This document shows positions 46,800 to 57,089 of a stretch of 64,000 nt of DNA, piece by piece. Position 1 is the first letter of the stretch. Every line of letters begins with the position of its first letter. Under the pieces are notes generated by a model, which did no database searches, was not told the origin of the DNA, and saw nothing but the letters and a program-made list of their open reading frames with translations. The position numbers and the translations under genes are program-made. Origin of the DNA: Terracidiphilus sp. (GTDB taxonomy: Bacteria > Acidobacteriota > Terriglobia > Terriglobales > Acidobacteriaceae); contig DASZLF010000047.1 of assembly GCA_035552555.1 (NCBI GenBank), forward strand, positions 16,814-80,813, given 5' to 3'.

Positions 46800-49700
46800 T
46801 TAAAACGTTTCCGGCGGGCCTTTCGGATCGGCTGGGCCGACGGGTTGAGCTGTCACCGCCTCCTGCTGGTTCAGCGATTCCGGCTCGGGCTCTGGCGGGT
46901 TCGTCGTCCCTGGCATGGCAATATTCGCCATCGCTTCGGCATCCGGCTCGGGGCTTTCTTCGGGGCCAAGCAGCGTGTCGATGCGGTATCCGGCGGATTC
47001 CGCAGCGGTCAATGCTTGATTGATTTTCGCGCTCATCTCCGCAGCGTCGGCGCGGCGTGGCGTCGGGGAGCCGGCTGCGCGCAACAACTGCGGCAGCAGC
47101 AGCCACCACAGCAGTTCTTCGTATAGCTCGCGAACGATGTAGGTGTGGTTCTCCGCCACGTGCGCCCCGGTCAGCCAGCAGATATCCGGATCGCTCCACA
47201 AACCTGGCGGAACCAGCAATTCTTCTCCCGCGGTTCTCGGTTTTTCAGCCTTCCCCGATTCGTCCGGCACAGCCGAGGTCGCCTCCGCCACCAGCGCTTC
47301 CGCAGCGGCAGTCTGCACATCCTTTTCCGCTGCGATCGTGGACGCCGCCGCGGCGGCTTTCGTTTCTCCACCCGCACCGGCTTCCACCAGCAGCAGAGCC
47401 TTCACTCGGGCCGTGGCGCGCCAGCCATCCTCACCTTCCAGCCCCAGCGCGTGGAAAGCCTGCGCCAAGGGTTCGCGCAGCCGTAGCCTATCGAACATTT
47501 CCAATGCCGCGCGCTCCGGATTCTGCGCATCCATGGCCTCCGCCACCACACGAATTACGCACCACGCCAGCACCGGTCCCCACAGCGCAGTCGAAGGAAT
47601 CTGCGGATTCGCGTTGGGAATCATCCGCCGCGCGCCAGTCGGCCATTTCGCCGGGAACAGTTCCTCCAGGGCCGGCAATCGCGTTGCTTCCCGCACCAGT
47701 TTGCGGAATACCGGCGACATGGATGCCGCCTGAACCACGTCCAGCGCGGGCCGTGTCCCGCTTCTTCGCGCATTCGCCGCAACCGCCGCGGCCAGAAACT
47801 CAGCGCACGCCGACCACGCGCGCTCCAAAAACACGCTCTGCGCCTTCCCGCTCTTGCTTTTCGCCGGAGTTCCCGCAGCCTGCGAAAATTCCGCCAGCTC
47901 CGCCATCCCGCGAACCACTCCCGGATCGAGCGCGGCGCGCAATGCATCGTGCACCGGCCGCAATTCGAGATAGATCAGCGCTTCATCCAGGCTCGGAACT
48001 CCGCGGCCGCCAAGCTGATCGCACAGCCGCTCCCACGCTTTCTCAGGCGTAGCATACAGTTCCCGCCAGTCCAGAAAGACGTGGGACTGATATGCATGCA
48101 GATCGAGCGTCAGTCCGCGATCGCCGATCTCGTGGGTGCGCCGCAGATACTCCAGCCCGGTCAGCGAATCGCGAAATGCCAGGATCGAGCTGCCATCGTT
48201 TAATCCCAACCCCTCCCATAGCGAGCGCTGCCGCAACTGCCCCGAGCCTTTGTCCGCATACGCCGCCGACATGCGAACCGTCCCGTGGGTCGACCCGTAC
48301 ACGTTGTTGTAGACAATCAGCGCGCGCTCGCCCCCCACCCGATTCGAGTAGGCGAACACGTTCTCATCCACCGATCCGGAATCATGGAAGAAGTCGTACA
48401 GCAGGAAGTTGTAGCTCTCCGCAAACAACCAGCGTCGATTGAGCAGCGGCGCAATCTCGCGTTCGTGGCGCTCGATCAGCCACTGGTCCGGCGTCTCGTC
48501 GTAGCGCGGCCGCTGGTACTCCATGCCATATTTCTCGGTAAAGCCTTCGATCTGCCCGTGCCCAAACATGGGCAGCCCCGGCAACGTGGCCATCATTACG
48601 GTCACCCCGAAACACTTGTCGCCCTTGCCGTATTGGTCGATCGCCGTCCGCTCATCCGGATTGCTCATGAAATTCACATAGCGCTTCATGATGTCCGGAT
48701 CGAACTCCAGCGTATTCTTGATCACCGACCGGTACTTGGCGTTGTCTTCGTCGCGCGTCATCACCATGAACGCGCTGTTGTACACGCGATGCATGCCCAG
48801 CGTGCGTACGAAGTAGCCTTCCATCAGCCAGAAAGCTTCGGCCAGCAGCAGCGTGCCCGGAACTTCCTGGGCCACGCGATCAACCACTTCGCGCCAGAAC
48901 TCATGCGGCATTGCGCGGTCAAACTCCGCCTGGCTCATGCCGTATTCGGCGCGCGAAGGGATTGCCCCGCTCGACCCCGGCCCGGGAAACCACAGCCGGT
49001 GAAAATGACGCTTGGCCAGTGTCATCGCCGCATCAAACCGGATCACCGGAAACAGCCGCGCCACATGCAGAATCGTCTGGATCACCTGCTCGCGCACCGC
49101 GGGGTTCAGATAATCGAGTTGCGCCGTATCGTTCCATGGAAAACTGGTGCCGTCGTTGCCGTGATAGATGTAGCGCGTTTCGCCGCTGGATTTGTCCCGA
49201 CGACGGAAGACCACCGCCGCATCTGTTTGCGTGAAGTAGTGGTCATCGATCTTGATTTCCACGCGCCCGTCGGCCGACAGATCCGGGCCTTCAAAGCTGT
49301 ACGCGGGATAAGGCGATTCCCACCGCGAGATGAACCACTCCGGATGCTCCACCACCCACGGCGAATCGATCCCCATGTGGTTGGGAACCATGTCGCTCGC
49401 CAGGCGGATGCCATGATGGAAAGCACGGTCGCGCAGGTTGTTGTAAGCCTGCTCGCCGCCTATATCGTCTGCAATCCGGTAGTCGAACAGCGAATATGCC
49501 GACGCCACAGCATCCTGATTTCCGCAAAGATATTTGATCGTCTTCGATGCCCGGCTACGCTCCCACACCCCTATCAGCCACAGCGTGTTGAGGCCGCGGT
49601 GTGCCAGCCCGGCGAGTTCCTCGTCGGGAATGTCGCTGAGAATGCGAATGTGCCGTCCGTATTGCTTGCTCAATTGCGCCAGCCACACGTAGGTGCTCTT

Positions 49701-50666
49701 GGCGATCATCACCGTGGTTGGCATCCATGCGGTGTCCGGCGAAAATTTCTCGTACTCGTGCGCCGGATCGCCGAACGTGGGCACATCGGCGGTACTGGCA
49801 ATCGCCGCCCACTCCTGCTCTCCTCGTTCGCGGCGGCGCCGCGCAGCGTCTTCGGCGGCGGCGCGCGTCTGCGCGGCGGCCGGGTTGAACTGCATCCAGA
49901 TCGCCATCTCCTCTTCGCGCAGAATGTCGCCGGCAATCAGCAGAAAGCGCTCCAGGCTATCCCCCAGCAGCGGCTTCCAGAGATTGCGCAGAAGCTCGAG
50001 TTGTTCGCGCAGCGACTTCGGAGCGGCAGTCGCGGGCGCGCGCAGCAGCTCAAGCAGGTTCACAGGTTTCGCGCCGGCCAACGGAATCAATGGCCGCGTG
50101 GCAAAGTAGTCCGGCAGTTGCTGCGTAATCTGCCGATACACCGTCTTCTCGGCCAGCGGCTTGTCTTCAAACAGTTCCTCAAATGGCTTGAACGCCTCGT
50201 TCCGGTTCGCCGTCCAAAGCATGAGCAACTCTTCCAGGGCGGCCTCTCGATGAGCCCTGCCGCCGGTCGAGCCTGCGAGCCACTGCAGCGCGGTCTGCTC
50301 CCCGCGCATCACCGTTGATCCGGGAAAATGCTCCACGAACGAGAGCAGCAGCTTGTCCAATTCCTCAGGCCCCACCTGCGAGCCAAAGAATTCGAGCGCG
50401 TCGGTCATGACCTGGCTGTCGTACTGCTCGCGATAACGCGCCACCACCACGTGGCTGGCTTCATCGATCAGCCCCATCGCAAACAACGCCCCGGCATGTA
50501 CCGCCCGGTCAGGATGTTTGTCGGCCTCGCGCACCTGGTTCATGCGGTGCGCAAACGCACGGCAGCCGCCCATGTTGGCAAAAACCACGTTCCCATTGAA
50601 GCTGAACAGCGTATCGGGAAATTGATACCGTTCCCGCGCACCACGTGAAATGTGGAATTCCAGCAT
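46800..50666 (-). CDS. Large alpha-amylase family (GH13) protein
   Basis: DMVPNH, RFDAAM (nucleophile), LAEAFW (acid/base), SNPDE. Start set at MLEFHIS. Confidence 0.88.
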   Translation of the reverse strand: MLEFHISRGARERYQFPDTLFSFNGNVVFANMGGCRAFAHRMNQVREADKHPDRAVHAGALFAMGLIDEASHVVVARYREQYDSQVMTDALEFFGSQVGPEELDKLLLSFVEHFPGSTVMRGEQTALQWLAGSTGGRAHREAALEELLMLWTANRNEAFKPFEELFEDKPLAEKTVYRQITQQLPDYFATRPLIPLAGAKPVNLLELLRAPATAAPKSLREQLELLRNLWKPLLGDSLERFLLIAGDILREEEMAIWMQFNPAAAQTRAAAEDAARRRRERGEQEWAAIASTADVPTFGDPAHEYEKFSPDTAWMPTTVMIAKSTYVWLAQLSKQYGRHIRILSDIPDEELAGLAHRGLNTLWLIGVWERSRASKTIKYLCGNQDAVASAYSLFDYRIADDIGGEQAYNNLRDRAFHHGIRLASDMVPNHMGIDSPWVVEHPEWFISRWESPYPAYSFEGPDLSADGRVEIKIDDHYFTQTDAAVVFRRRDKSSGETRYIYHGNDGTSFPWNDTAQLDYLNPAVREQVIQTILHVARLFPVIRFDAAMTLAKRHFHRLWFPGPGSSGAIPSRAEYGMSQAEFDRAMPHEFWREVVDRVAQEVPGTLLLAEAFWLMEGYFVRTLGMHRVYNSAFMVMTRDEDNAKYRSVIKNTLEFDPDIMKRYVNFMSNPDERTAIDQYGKGDKCFGVTVMMATLPGLPMFGHGQIEGFTEKYGMEYQRPRYDETPDQWLIERHEREIAPLLNRRWLFAESYNFLLYDFFHDSGSVDENVFAYSNRVGGERALIVYNNVYGSTHGTVRMSAAYADKGSGQLRQRSLWEGLGLNDGSSILAFRDSLTGLEYLRRTHEIGDRGLTLDLHAYQSHVFLDWRELYATPEKAWERLCDQLGGRGVPSLDEALIYLELRPVHDALRAALDPGVVRGMAELAEFSQAAGTPAKSKSGKAQSVFLERAWSACAEFLAAAVAANARRSGTRPALDVVQAASMSPVFRKLVREATRLPALEELFPAKWPTGARRMIPNANPQIPSTALWGPVLAWCVIRVVAEAMDAQNPERAALEMFDRLRLREPLAQAFHALGLEGEDGWRATARVKALLLVEAGAGGETKAAAAASTIAAEKDVQTAAAEALVAEATSAVPDESGKAEKPRTAGEELLVPPGLWSDPDICWLTGAHVAENHTYIVRELYEELLWWLLLPQLLRAAGSPTPRRADAAEMSAKINQALTAAESAGYRIDTLLGPEESPEPDAEAMANIAMPGTTNPPEPEPESLNQQEAVTAQPVGPADPKGPPETF

Positions 50667-50967
50667 AGAGGGTTTCTTGCTCCCAATCTCGCGTCCCCGG
50701 GTTGCGGAACGACGCCGTTCCAGCCGCAACCGCGGATTCGTATCCCCGTCTTCCTTCATCCTAGTCAACCGGGGCTACAATCTCTAAATTTTGGCTGTCC
50801 GACCGAAGAAGTCTCCGCCCGGCAACCAGCGCCGAAACCGTATGGATGCAGGAACCCCGCGGCCAGATCGCTTTCACTGCACATCCAGAGGGGCGCACGT
50901 CCGAACCGCGCTCCGTTGCCACTATCCCGCTCTTCCCGCTAAACTGAAGGAGCCAACCACACCCGCC

Positions 50968-51059
50968 GGAGAGGTGGCAGAGCCCGGTTGAATGCACCTG
51001 ACTCGAAATCAGGCATAGTCGTAAGGCTATCGGGGGTTCGAATCCCTCCCTCTCCGCCA
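50968..51059 (+). tRNA. tRNA-Ser(CGA)
   Basis: GGAGAGG acceptor stem, CCTGA-CT-CGA-AA-TCAGG, long variable arm, GGTTCGAATCC, CCA. Confidence 0.97.
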
Positions 51060-51174
51060 TTTAGCCGTTTTTATAGAGTCCAATACAGTCCAACAACCCC
51101 ACAAGCAAGCTGAAAACAAAGTATCTATGGGCTTTTTACCGTCTAGAGCGGTATCGTGGAAGCCACGCGCTGGT

Positions 51175-51216
51175 GGGGGTACTTTCGGGGGTATTTTGAT
51201 TTTCCAGAGGGGGTAC
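51175..51216 (+). mobile_element. Putative integrase arm-type sites (GGGGGTA x3) at the island junction
   Basis: GGGGGTAC at 51175, GGGGGTAT at 51187, GGGGGTAC at 51209, between the tRNA and the integrase start. Confidence 0.65.
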
Positions 51217-51246
51217 TTTTCCCGCCGGGCTGTTTTGGGGTGAAAG

Positions 51247-51351
51247 ATGGCGCTGACAGATACGGAAATCCGCAAGGCAAAGGCGAAAGGCAAGGCTTAC
51301 CGGGTGAGCGATGGCGCCGGGCTACCTCTCTGGATTACTCCGCCGGGTGCC
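51247..51351 (+). pseudogene. P4-like tyrosine integrase, N-terminal arm-binding fragment only
   Basis: MALTDTEIRKAKAKGKAYRVSDGAGL.LWITP.G, then similarity stops; no catalytic domain. Confidence 0.85.
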
Positions 51352-51528
51352 GCAAATTTCTTTTCGTTTTCCGCTTGCAGCTTCTTTAATTCGTCCCAGC
51401 GTTTGTACTGCTCGGCTCTTGCAGGATCGGGATCTTCGTAGCCTTGCAGCCAGAAGCGGAACCAATCGACCGATAGGCCCTGCGAGGCCATGCGCGCTAT
51501 GGGGCTGGTAATGTCATGTTCGTCGTGA
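51345..51528 (-). pseudogene. C-terminal fragment of an S9/lasso-isopeptidase-like peptidase
   Basis: EHDITSP..RMASQ..SVDWFRFWLQGYEDPDPARAEQYKRW; no N-terminal part. Confidence 0.6.
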
Positions 51529-51615
51529 TTGCGATCTTCTCGCCGGTCTTGTATCCGACGTTGCCACGACCATGCGTGCGGTTGCGGAAGTTTCTGCGCT
51601 TTGGAGCAGAGAACA

Positions 51616-51723
51616 ATGCTTAAGCACATCATTCTGAGCGTCAGCGATGTCGAAGGTTCGTTGGCGTCTTGTGAGACGGCCTTGGAGCCCCTTGATATCA
51701 AGTTCTTCCTTCCGTACAAGAAG
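51616..51723 (+). pseudogene. N-terminal fragment of a VOC/glyoxalase protein
   Basis: MLKHIILSVSDVEGSLASCETALEPL; SD-like GGAG upstream. Confidence 0.55.
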
Positions 51724-51767
51724 GTCGTCTTGATCTGTGGGGATTTGGTGAGTCTTCATTCAAGAGC

Positions 51768-53738
51768 TTATGCTCCACCGGCCTCAATCTTCACACCCAT
51801 CTCCTTGCCGGGCTGCATTGCAACGATCAGCGGAACTGCTTCGAACCCGGGGACGAGGTTGAAGGTGCGCTCGCTGGGGATCGGCTCAAAGCGATTAGCG
51901 GCATCGACGCTGACGGTGAGCGAGCCTTTGGGCTTGGAGATGCGCACGCTGTGCGGGCTCGCCTGCTCCACCAGCTCGCTCGTTCGGGCAATCACCGGAA
52001 TGACGAATTGCAACGAGGCTGACGCAGGCAGTCGGCCTATGACGCGGGCCCGGAGTTCCACGCCCGATTCGTCAATCATCCAGCTCACCTCGTACAGCAG
52101 GCCGGCGCCTTCCATCGGCTTGTGTGTGTTGCTCATCAAGCGGCCATGGGCCTCGAACTTCACCCCCGCGCCCGAGCGTGTCGCCGATAGTGAAGCCCTG
52201 TAGTCGTTGAGGCTGGTGTACGTATCGCCGGCAGCGCACTCAATGCGCGTCGTGAGGGGCATGTGCGGCGCGGCGAGCTCCTGCTGCTGGTTTGAGGCTT
52301 CGATCATCTCGTAGCGGGTCATACTGGCGGTGAGGATGGGTCCGAGCTTCATGTGGTAGAGAACTGAGAGTGCGCCGCCGCTCACGTGACCGCCGCCGGC
52401 CCCGCCGCTGCCCGCCTGCACATGCTCCTGATACTCCCAGTCATACTCGGTGGCGGTGGCGCGCCACGGGCCGATGGCGGCGAGGTGGGTTCCGATGACG
52501 GGAAAGCTTCGCAGGCCGTAGGGTTCGTCGCGCGGGATGGCGGGGCGCGGGGGCTCCGGTGGAAAGCTGCCTCGATCGAGCGCCGCGGCGAGCGCCTTGG
52601 CGTGTGTAAATGTGTGGTGGATGCAGGGCGGATCGCCGTGAGCTTTGTAGTCGGGGCCGCCGTAGAGCAGGCCCTCGTGCGTGCAGGCGGCCATCAGCTC
52701 CACGTTGCGGCGGGCAGCTTCGCGGAAGCGCGGGTCGTGCCCCGCCATCAGCAGGAAGCCAGGATGGCAGCCGTCGCTGGTGCGGCTGCCCCACCAGCTC
52801 CACTTGTAGTTGCGCGTGCCCCAACTGTTGTCCCAGCCGCCGTCGGGGAGCTGGAACTCCATGTGTGTTTTGAGCGCGCTGACCACCTGCTGCTCGACGG
52901 GTTTGTCACCGGCGAGCAAGCTGTAAAGCGCGAGCGAGGGCAGCGACTCCTCCACGTTGTAGCCGAGATCGACGGGACGGCAGCCCTTGGGAGAGAGACC
53001 GTCGATCGGGTGGCCTTCGCCGAAGAGGATGCCGTCGGGAGCGAACTGATCCATGACGCGTCGGGCGAGTTCGCGGCCTCGCGCGATGTAACGCGGCTCG
53101 CCGAGCACCTGGCCGCATAGCACGAAAGCCAGCGTGGCCGTGACGGGGTAGTTGACATTGCCGGTTTTGATGCTGATAAAGCCATGGAGAAATCTGGCGG
53201 CGGCGGCCAGGCGCGCGGTCCAGGCGCTGCGCGTGGCGGCGTCGAGCACCTCGCCGTGATGAGTGAGCGCCTCAGCCAGAGCGATCGCGTGGAAGACGGT
53301 GATGCCTTGCCACTGGCTGAGCGTGACGTCGTTGATCCAACTGCCGTCAGGGCGGCTCACCTGCGCCTCCGACCACTCATGGACAAGTTTCGCCGCGCGG
53401 ACGTACTTTCCGTCGCCGGTCGAGTGCGCCATATTGAGCAGCGGGTAGACGGCGTCTCCGCAGCGGCCGTGGATGAGCGCGCAGGCGGGGCAGAGCAGGC
53501 CGCCGTAGAACGCAAGATCGCGCAATGCAAGGATCTGGCGGGCGATGAGCCCGTCGCACCAGGTCTTGAGCAGCGTGGAGTAGAGTTGCCTTTCGATGGT
53601 GGCGGGCGAGGATGCAGGGGCGGCACGTGCGACGGCCGGCGTGAAAAGCGCCGTGCCTTGCAATGCGGCAACGCCCGCGGCGGAGAGGCGGAGCATTTCT
53701 CTGCGGGTGATCTTGTCTAGCGGATGCCCTGTATTCAT
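51768..53738 (-). CDS. Tat-exported hypothetical protein, probable helical-toroid carbohydrate-active enzyme
   Basis: TRREMLRL signal; repeated (R/P)DG.W turns; WDNSWGTRNYKWSWWGSRTSDG. Fold and function are inferred. Confidence 0.7.
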   Translation of the reverse strand: MNTGHPLDKITRREMLRLSAAGVAALQGTALFTPAVARAAPASSPATIERQLYSTLLKTWCDGLIARQILALRDLAFYGGLLCPACALIHGRCGDAVYPLLNMAHSTGDGKYVRAAKLVHEWSEAQVSRPDGSWINDVTLSQWQGITVFHAIALAEALTHHGEVLDAATRSAWTARLAAAARFLHGFISIKTGNVNYPVTATLAFVLCGQVLGEPRYIARGRELARRVMDQFAPDGILFGEGHPIDGLSPKGCRPVDLGYNVEESLPSLALYSLLAGDKPVEQQVVSALKTHMEFQLPDGGWDNSWGTRNYKWSWWGSRTSDGCHPGFLLMAGHDPRFREAARRNVELMAACTHEGLLYGGPDYKAHGDPPCIHHTFTHAKALAAALDRGSFPPEPPRPAIPRDEPYGLRSFPVIGTHLAAIGPWRATATEYDWEYQEHVQAGSGGAGGGHVSGGALSVLYHMKLGPILTASMTRYEMIEASNQQQELAAPHMPLTTRIECAAGDTYTSLNDYRASLSATRSGAGVKFEAHGRLMSNTHKPMEGAGLLYEVSWMIDESGVELRARVIGRLPASASLQFVIPVIARTSELVEQASPHSVRISKPKGSLTVSVDAANRFEPIPSERTFNLVPGFEAVPLIVAMQPGKEMGVKIEAGGA

Positions 53739-53968
53739 TGGAGCTCCCGTATCGCAACGGTATTTGGTCGGCAACGGGGAAATTACGACGTCATTAAGAC
53801 CGCTTTAACCTTATAACCAAACCACAACTTCCACATAGCCGGTCACACGCCCGCGGCAGCGACCAGGGCGTTAGGGCCACGTTCTCGTCGTGAACTCATC
53901 GCACGCCCAACTGTTCCGGCGCAACACTACTTGGGACGGCTTCCTATCGGGCTGTGAGCTGGAGCGAA

Positions 53969-55429
53969 TCAAAACACGACTTTGCCCTTCAACGCATCAG
54001 GCAGAGGGCGGTTCGCCGTAATTTTGGTTTCTCCGGCATAGAGATGTCGCAGTTTAGGCAGGTGCTCCGCGGTTTTGAGCGCGGCGGGCGTGATCTCGGT
54101 CCCGAAGACGTTCAGAGACTCCAGTTCGTTCAGCCCGCCTAGCGCGAGAACGGTGGCGTCGGTAATCCTGGTGTGCATGAGGCGGAGCGTGCGAAGATGC
54201 TTCATTGCAGCGAGATTGGATGCCGAGCGATCAGTGATTGCGGAATTAGAAAAATCGGCAGCGACAAACTGATCGTAGATAGGCCTTAGTCGGGCGAGAT
54301 CGTCGTCGCCGAATTTGCTGCCCAATAGAGACGTATTGATTGTCAGCTTAGCCGAGCCGCGGGATTCGTATTCGATCGCGCCCGGATAGCGCTTATCCAA
54401 TTCTGCCAGCGCATCGGCGAATGGGGCGCGCTGTTTGGCGACCGCGGCGTCGTCAATCTCAGTGAAAGTAGCCTCGGCGGCGGGACGAGCGGTGGCCGAG
54501 ACGCCTTGGATGGCGTTGTCGGCTAAATTGGGTGACGCTCCAGTGGAGATCCAAAGTCCAATGAGCTTGATCTGTTCGGTCGACAGCGGGCGTTTGCCTT
54601 GCGGCGGCATGATCTTCTCGGAGCCGGGCGGGCTGGAGACGCGCTGGAAGAGTCCGCTGTTGTTGAGATCTGCTGCTTTGACGGCCGGCCCGCTCTTGCC
54701 GCCGCGCATCACTGCCTCATAGGAGTCGAGACGCAGACCCCTCTTCCGGGTTGAACGCCCGTGGCAACCAACGCAGTTCTGCTGAAAAACCGGCTCAACG
54801 CGGACCGCGAAGAAAGAATCGGCCGTGGCGGCGGTGGGACCTCGTTCTTCTTGTTTGGAGACGCCGAGCCAGTCTCGCAAGGGACTCGGCATGTGCTCGG
54901 CGAGATGCGCTTCGCCATGCGAGAGCTGACCGCCCCGGTACCCGGTAAATGAGACCAGGAGCACAGTGACGGCGAGACCGCAGAAATACGCAATGTCGAA
55001 TCGCTGGCGGGCGATTCGGCCCCTCAACATCCAGCATAGCCAACAGAAAACGGTGACGAAGAAGCCTCCCCACATGTGCTGCAAGACGAGCGGGCCACTA
55101 TACTCGCCGCTTCGCGCGAGAAACCAGCCGAGGATGGCGGAAGCGATGGCGCTAAAGAAGGCTAGCGCCAGCATCGGCTCGACGGACGAGCGCAGATGCC
55201 GAAAACGGCGCGATCTTCCGCCGATCTCCAGAACCGGAACCAGGAAAATCAGCGCGATGGGGAAGTGGATGGTCAGGAGATGAAAGCCACCGATAAACTG
55301 CGCCCAGTCCGAACGTTGCGCGCCGTCCGGCGGAAAGAAGAGCAGCAGAACGATGAGAAGAAGAATCGGCGCCAGCGTGAACATCCCAAGCCGATTACGG
55401 AGTAGCCATTGCCGGATCGGCGATATCAT
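53969..55429 (-). CDS. Membrane protein: DUF2231-like + planctomycete cytochrome c + LRR domains
   Basis: FHLLTIHFPIAL, CVGCH...GLRLDSYE...MPP, C-terminal leucine-rich repeats. Confidence 0.85.
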   Translation of the reverse strand: MISPIRQWLLRNRLGMFTLAPILLLIVLLLFFPPDGAQRSDWAQFIGGFHLLTIHFPIALIFLVPVLEIGGRSRRFRHLRSSVEPMLALAFFSAIASAILGWFLARSGEYSGPLVLQHMWGGFFVTVFCWLCWMLRGRIARQRFDIAYFCGLAVTVLLVSFTGYRGGQLSHGEAHLAEHMPSPLRDWLGVSKQEERGPTAATADSFFAVRVEPVFQQNCVGCHGRSTRKRGLRLDSYEAVMRGGKSGPAVKAADLNNSGLFQRVSSPPGSEKIMPPQGKRPLSTEQIKLIGLWISTGASPNLADNAIQGVSATARPAAEATFTEIDDAAVAKQRAPFADALAELDKRYPGAIEYESRGSAKLTINTSLLGSKFGDDDLARLRPIYDQFVAADFSNSAITDRSASNLAAMKHLRTLRLMHTRITDATVLALGGLNELESLNVFGTEITPAALKTAEHLPKLRHLYAGETKITANRPLPDALKGKVVF

Positions 55430-55493
55430 GAGAACTCGTTGTCCTTATCGTGGGCGAAACGCTTGCAAGGCCAGCGGCGGACAACAGGCAAAG

Positions 55494-57089
55494 TCATGCC
55501 AGGACCTCGGATACGATCCGTGCCGGCTTAACGCTGGTGAGCTTCTGATCGAGCCCTTGAAACGAGTAGTTGAGCTTGCGATGATCGAAGCCCATCACAT
55601 AAAGCATGGTGGCGTGCAGATCGCGAATCTCTACCGGGTCCTTCACAATTTCGTAGCCCATGGCGTCGGTTTCTCCGTGGGTGATGCCAGGTTCGATTCC
55701 TCCGCCGGCCAGCCAGATTGTGAATGCGCCGGGATTGTGATCACGGCCGACAAACTGCATCACCGCCCCGTTGCGATTCTCGCGCATGGACGTGCGGCCA
55801 AATTCGCCACCCCAGACAACGAGCGTGTCTTCGAGCATGCCGCGTTGCTTGAGATCGGCGAGAAGCGCGGACATGGGTTGATCGACCTCGCGGCAGCGGT
55901 CGGTAAAACCAAGGTTTAAAGCCTCTTTGGCATTGGACCCGTGCGAGTCCCAGCCCCAGTGATAGAGCTGGATAAAGCGCACTCCCCGTTCGGCGAGGCG
56001 ACGCGCCACCAGGCAGTTGTTGGCAAAGCTCTCTTCTCCGGGTTTGCAGCCATAGGCCGCCTGCGTAGCCACGGACTCCTTGCGGATATCGAGAGCGTCG
56101 GTGGCCTCCATTTGCATTCGGAAGGCCATCTCGTATTGGGAAATTCGGGTGATGGTCTCGGGGTTGCCAAACTCGGCGTACTGCTGGCGGTTGATCTCGT
56201 CGATGGCGTCGAGTTCGCTGCGGCGAAGGGAACGGCTGACATTTTGCGGATTTTCGAGGTAGAGCACCGGCTCGCCGTGGGAGCGGCATTGCACGCCCTG
56301 ATAGATGCTGGGAAGGAAGCCGGAAGCCCAAAGCTGCTTGCCGCCATCGGGCTGCTTGCCGCCGGAGATCAGGACGATGAAGCCGGGAAGATTCTGGTTC
56401 TCGGAGCCTAATCCGTAGGTGACCCAGGAACCCATCGAAGCATAGCCGAGGCGGGGGTTGCCGGTGTGCACCAACAGCTGCGCCGGAGCGTGATTAAACT
56501 GATCGGTGCGCATCGACTTGATGAAGCACACGTCGTCGATATGCTTCTCGAAGTGTGGCAACCGATCGGATACCCACGCGCCACTCTGCCCCGCCTGGTG
56601 AAACGGGTACTGCGATCCAAGAAGCTTGGGCACGCCGCTGATGAAGGCGAAGCGTTTGCCCTGCAGAAACGACGCCGGGCAATCCTGGCCATCGAGGCGG
56701 GACAGATCGGGCTTGTGTTCGAAGAGTTCCAATTGGCTGGGTGCGCCAGCCATGTGCAGATAGATGATGCGCTTGGCGCGGGCGGGAAACTGGGGAGGCA
56801 ACACCGAAAGCGGACGGGTGGGGTCGCGCCTGAAGTCGAGGCGCCGCGTGCCGTCGATGTTCAACTCCGAAGCCTCGACCGGCGAGGCGTATTTCAACCC
56901 CAGGCTGCCGAGGAACATGCTGCCGACACCCGTACTGAGGCTGCGCAGAAAATGACGGCGGGTTTGCGCCTGGAGCCGCGCCAGGATTTCTTCTGGGTGC
57001 GTGTCAGCGGCAGGACTATTTTCAATGAGAGCGGAATCGTTAGCGATCGCGCCTTGGTCAATTTCCTCGGAATCGGGCATAGCCATCAC
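55494..57089 (-). CDS. DUF1501 family protein (Tat signal)
   Basis: TRRHFL, HMAGAPSQLELF, GWDSH, GEFGRT, GRDH. Confidence 0.9.
   Translation of the reverse strand: MMAMPDSEEIDQGAIANDSALIENSPAADTHPEEILARLQAQTRRHFLRSLSTGVGSMFLGSLGLKYASPVEASELNIDGTRRLDFRRDPTRPLSVLPPQFPARAKRIIYLHMAGAPSQLELFEHKPDLSRLDGQDCPASFLQGKRFAFISGVPKLLGSQYPFHQAGQSGAWVSDRLPHFEKHIDDVCFIKSMRTDQFNHAPAQLLVHTGNPRLGYASMGSWVTYGLGSENQNLPGFIVLISGGKQPDGGKQLWASGFLPSIYQGVQCRSHGEPVLYLENPQNVSRSLRRSELDAIDEINRQQYAEFGNPETITRISQYEMAFRMQMEATDALDIRKESVATQAAYGCKPGEESFANNCLVARRLAERGVRFIQLYHWGWDSHGSNAKEALNLGFTDRCREVDQPMSALLADLKQRGMLEDTLVVWGGEFGRTSMRENRNGAVMQFVGRDHNPGAFTIWLAGGGIEPGITHGETDAMGYEIVKDPVEIRDLHATMLYVMGFDHRKLNYSFQGLDQKLTSVKPARIVSEVLA

Noticed and set aside
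51529-52203. 224-aa plus-strand ORF
   Set aside because: Only ~35 codons are VOC-like; the rest is antisense to the 51768 gene.
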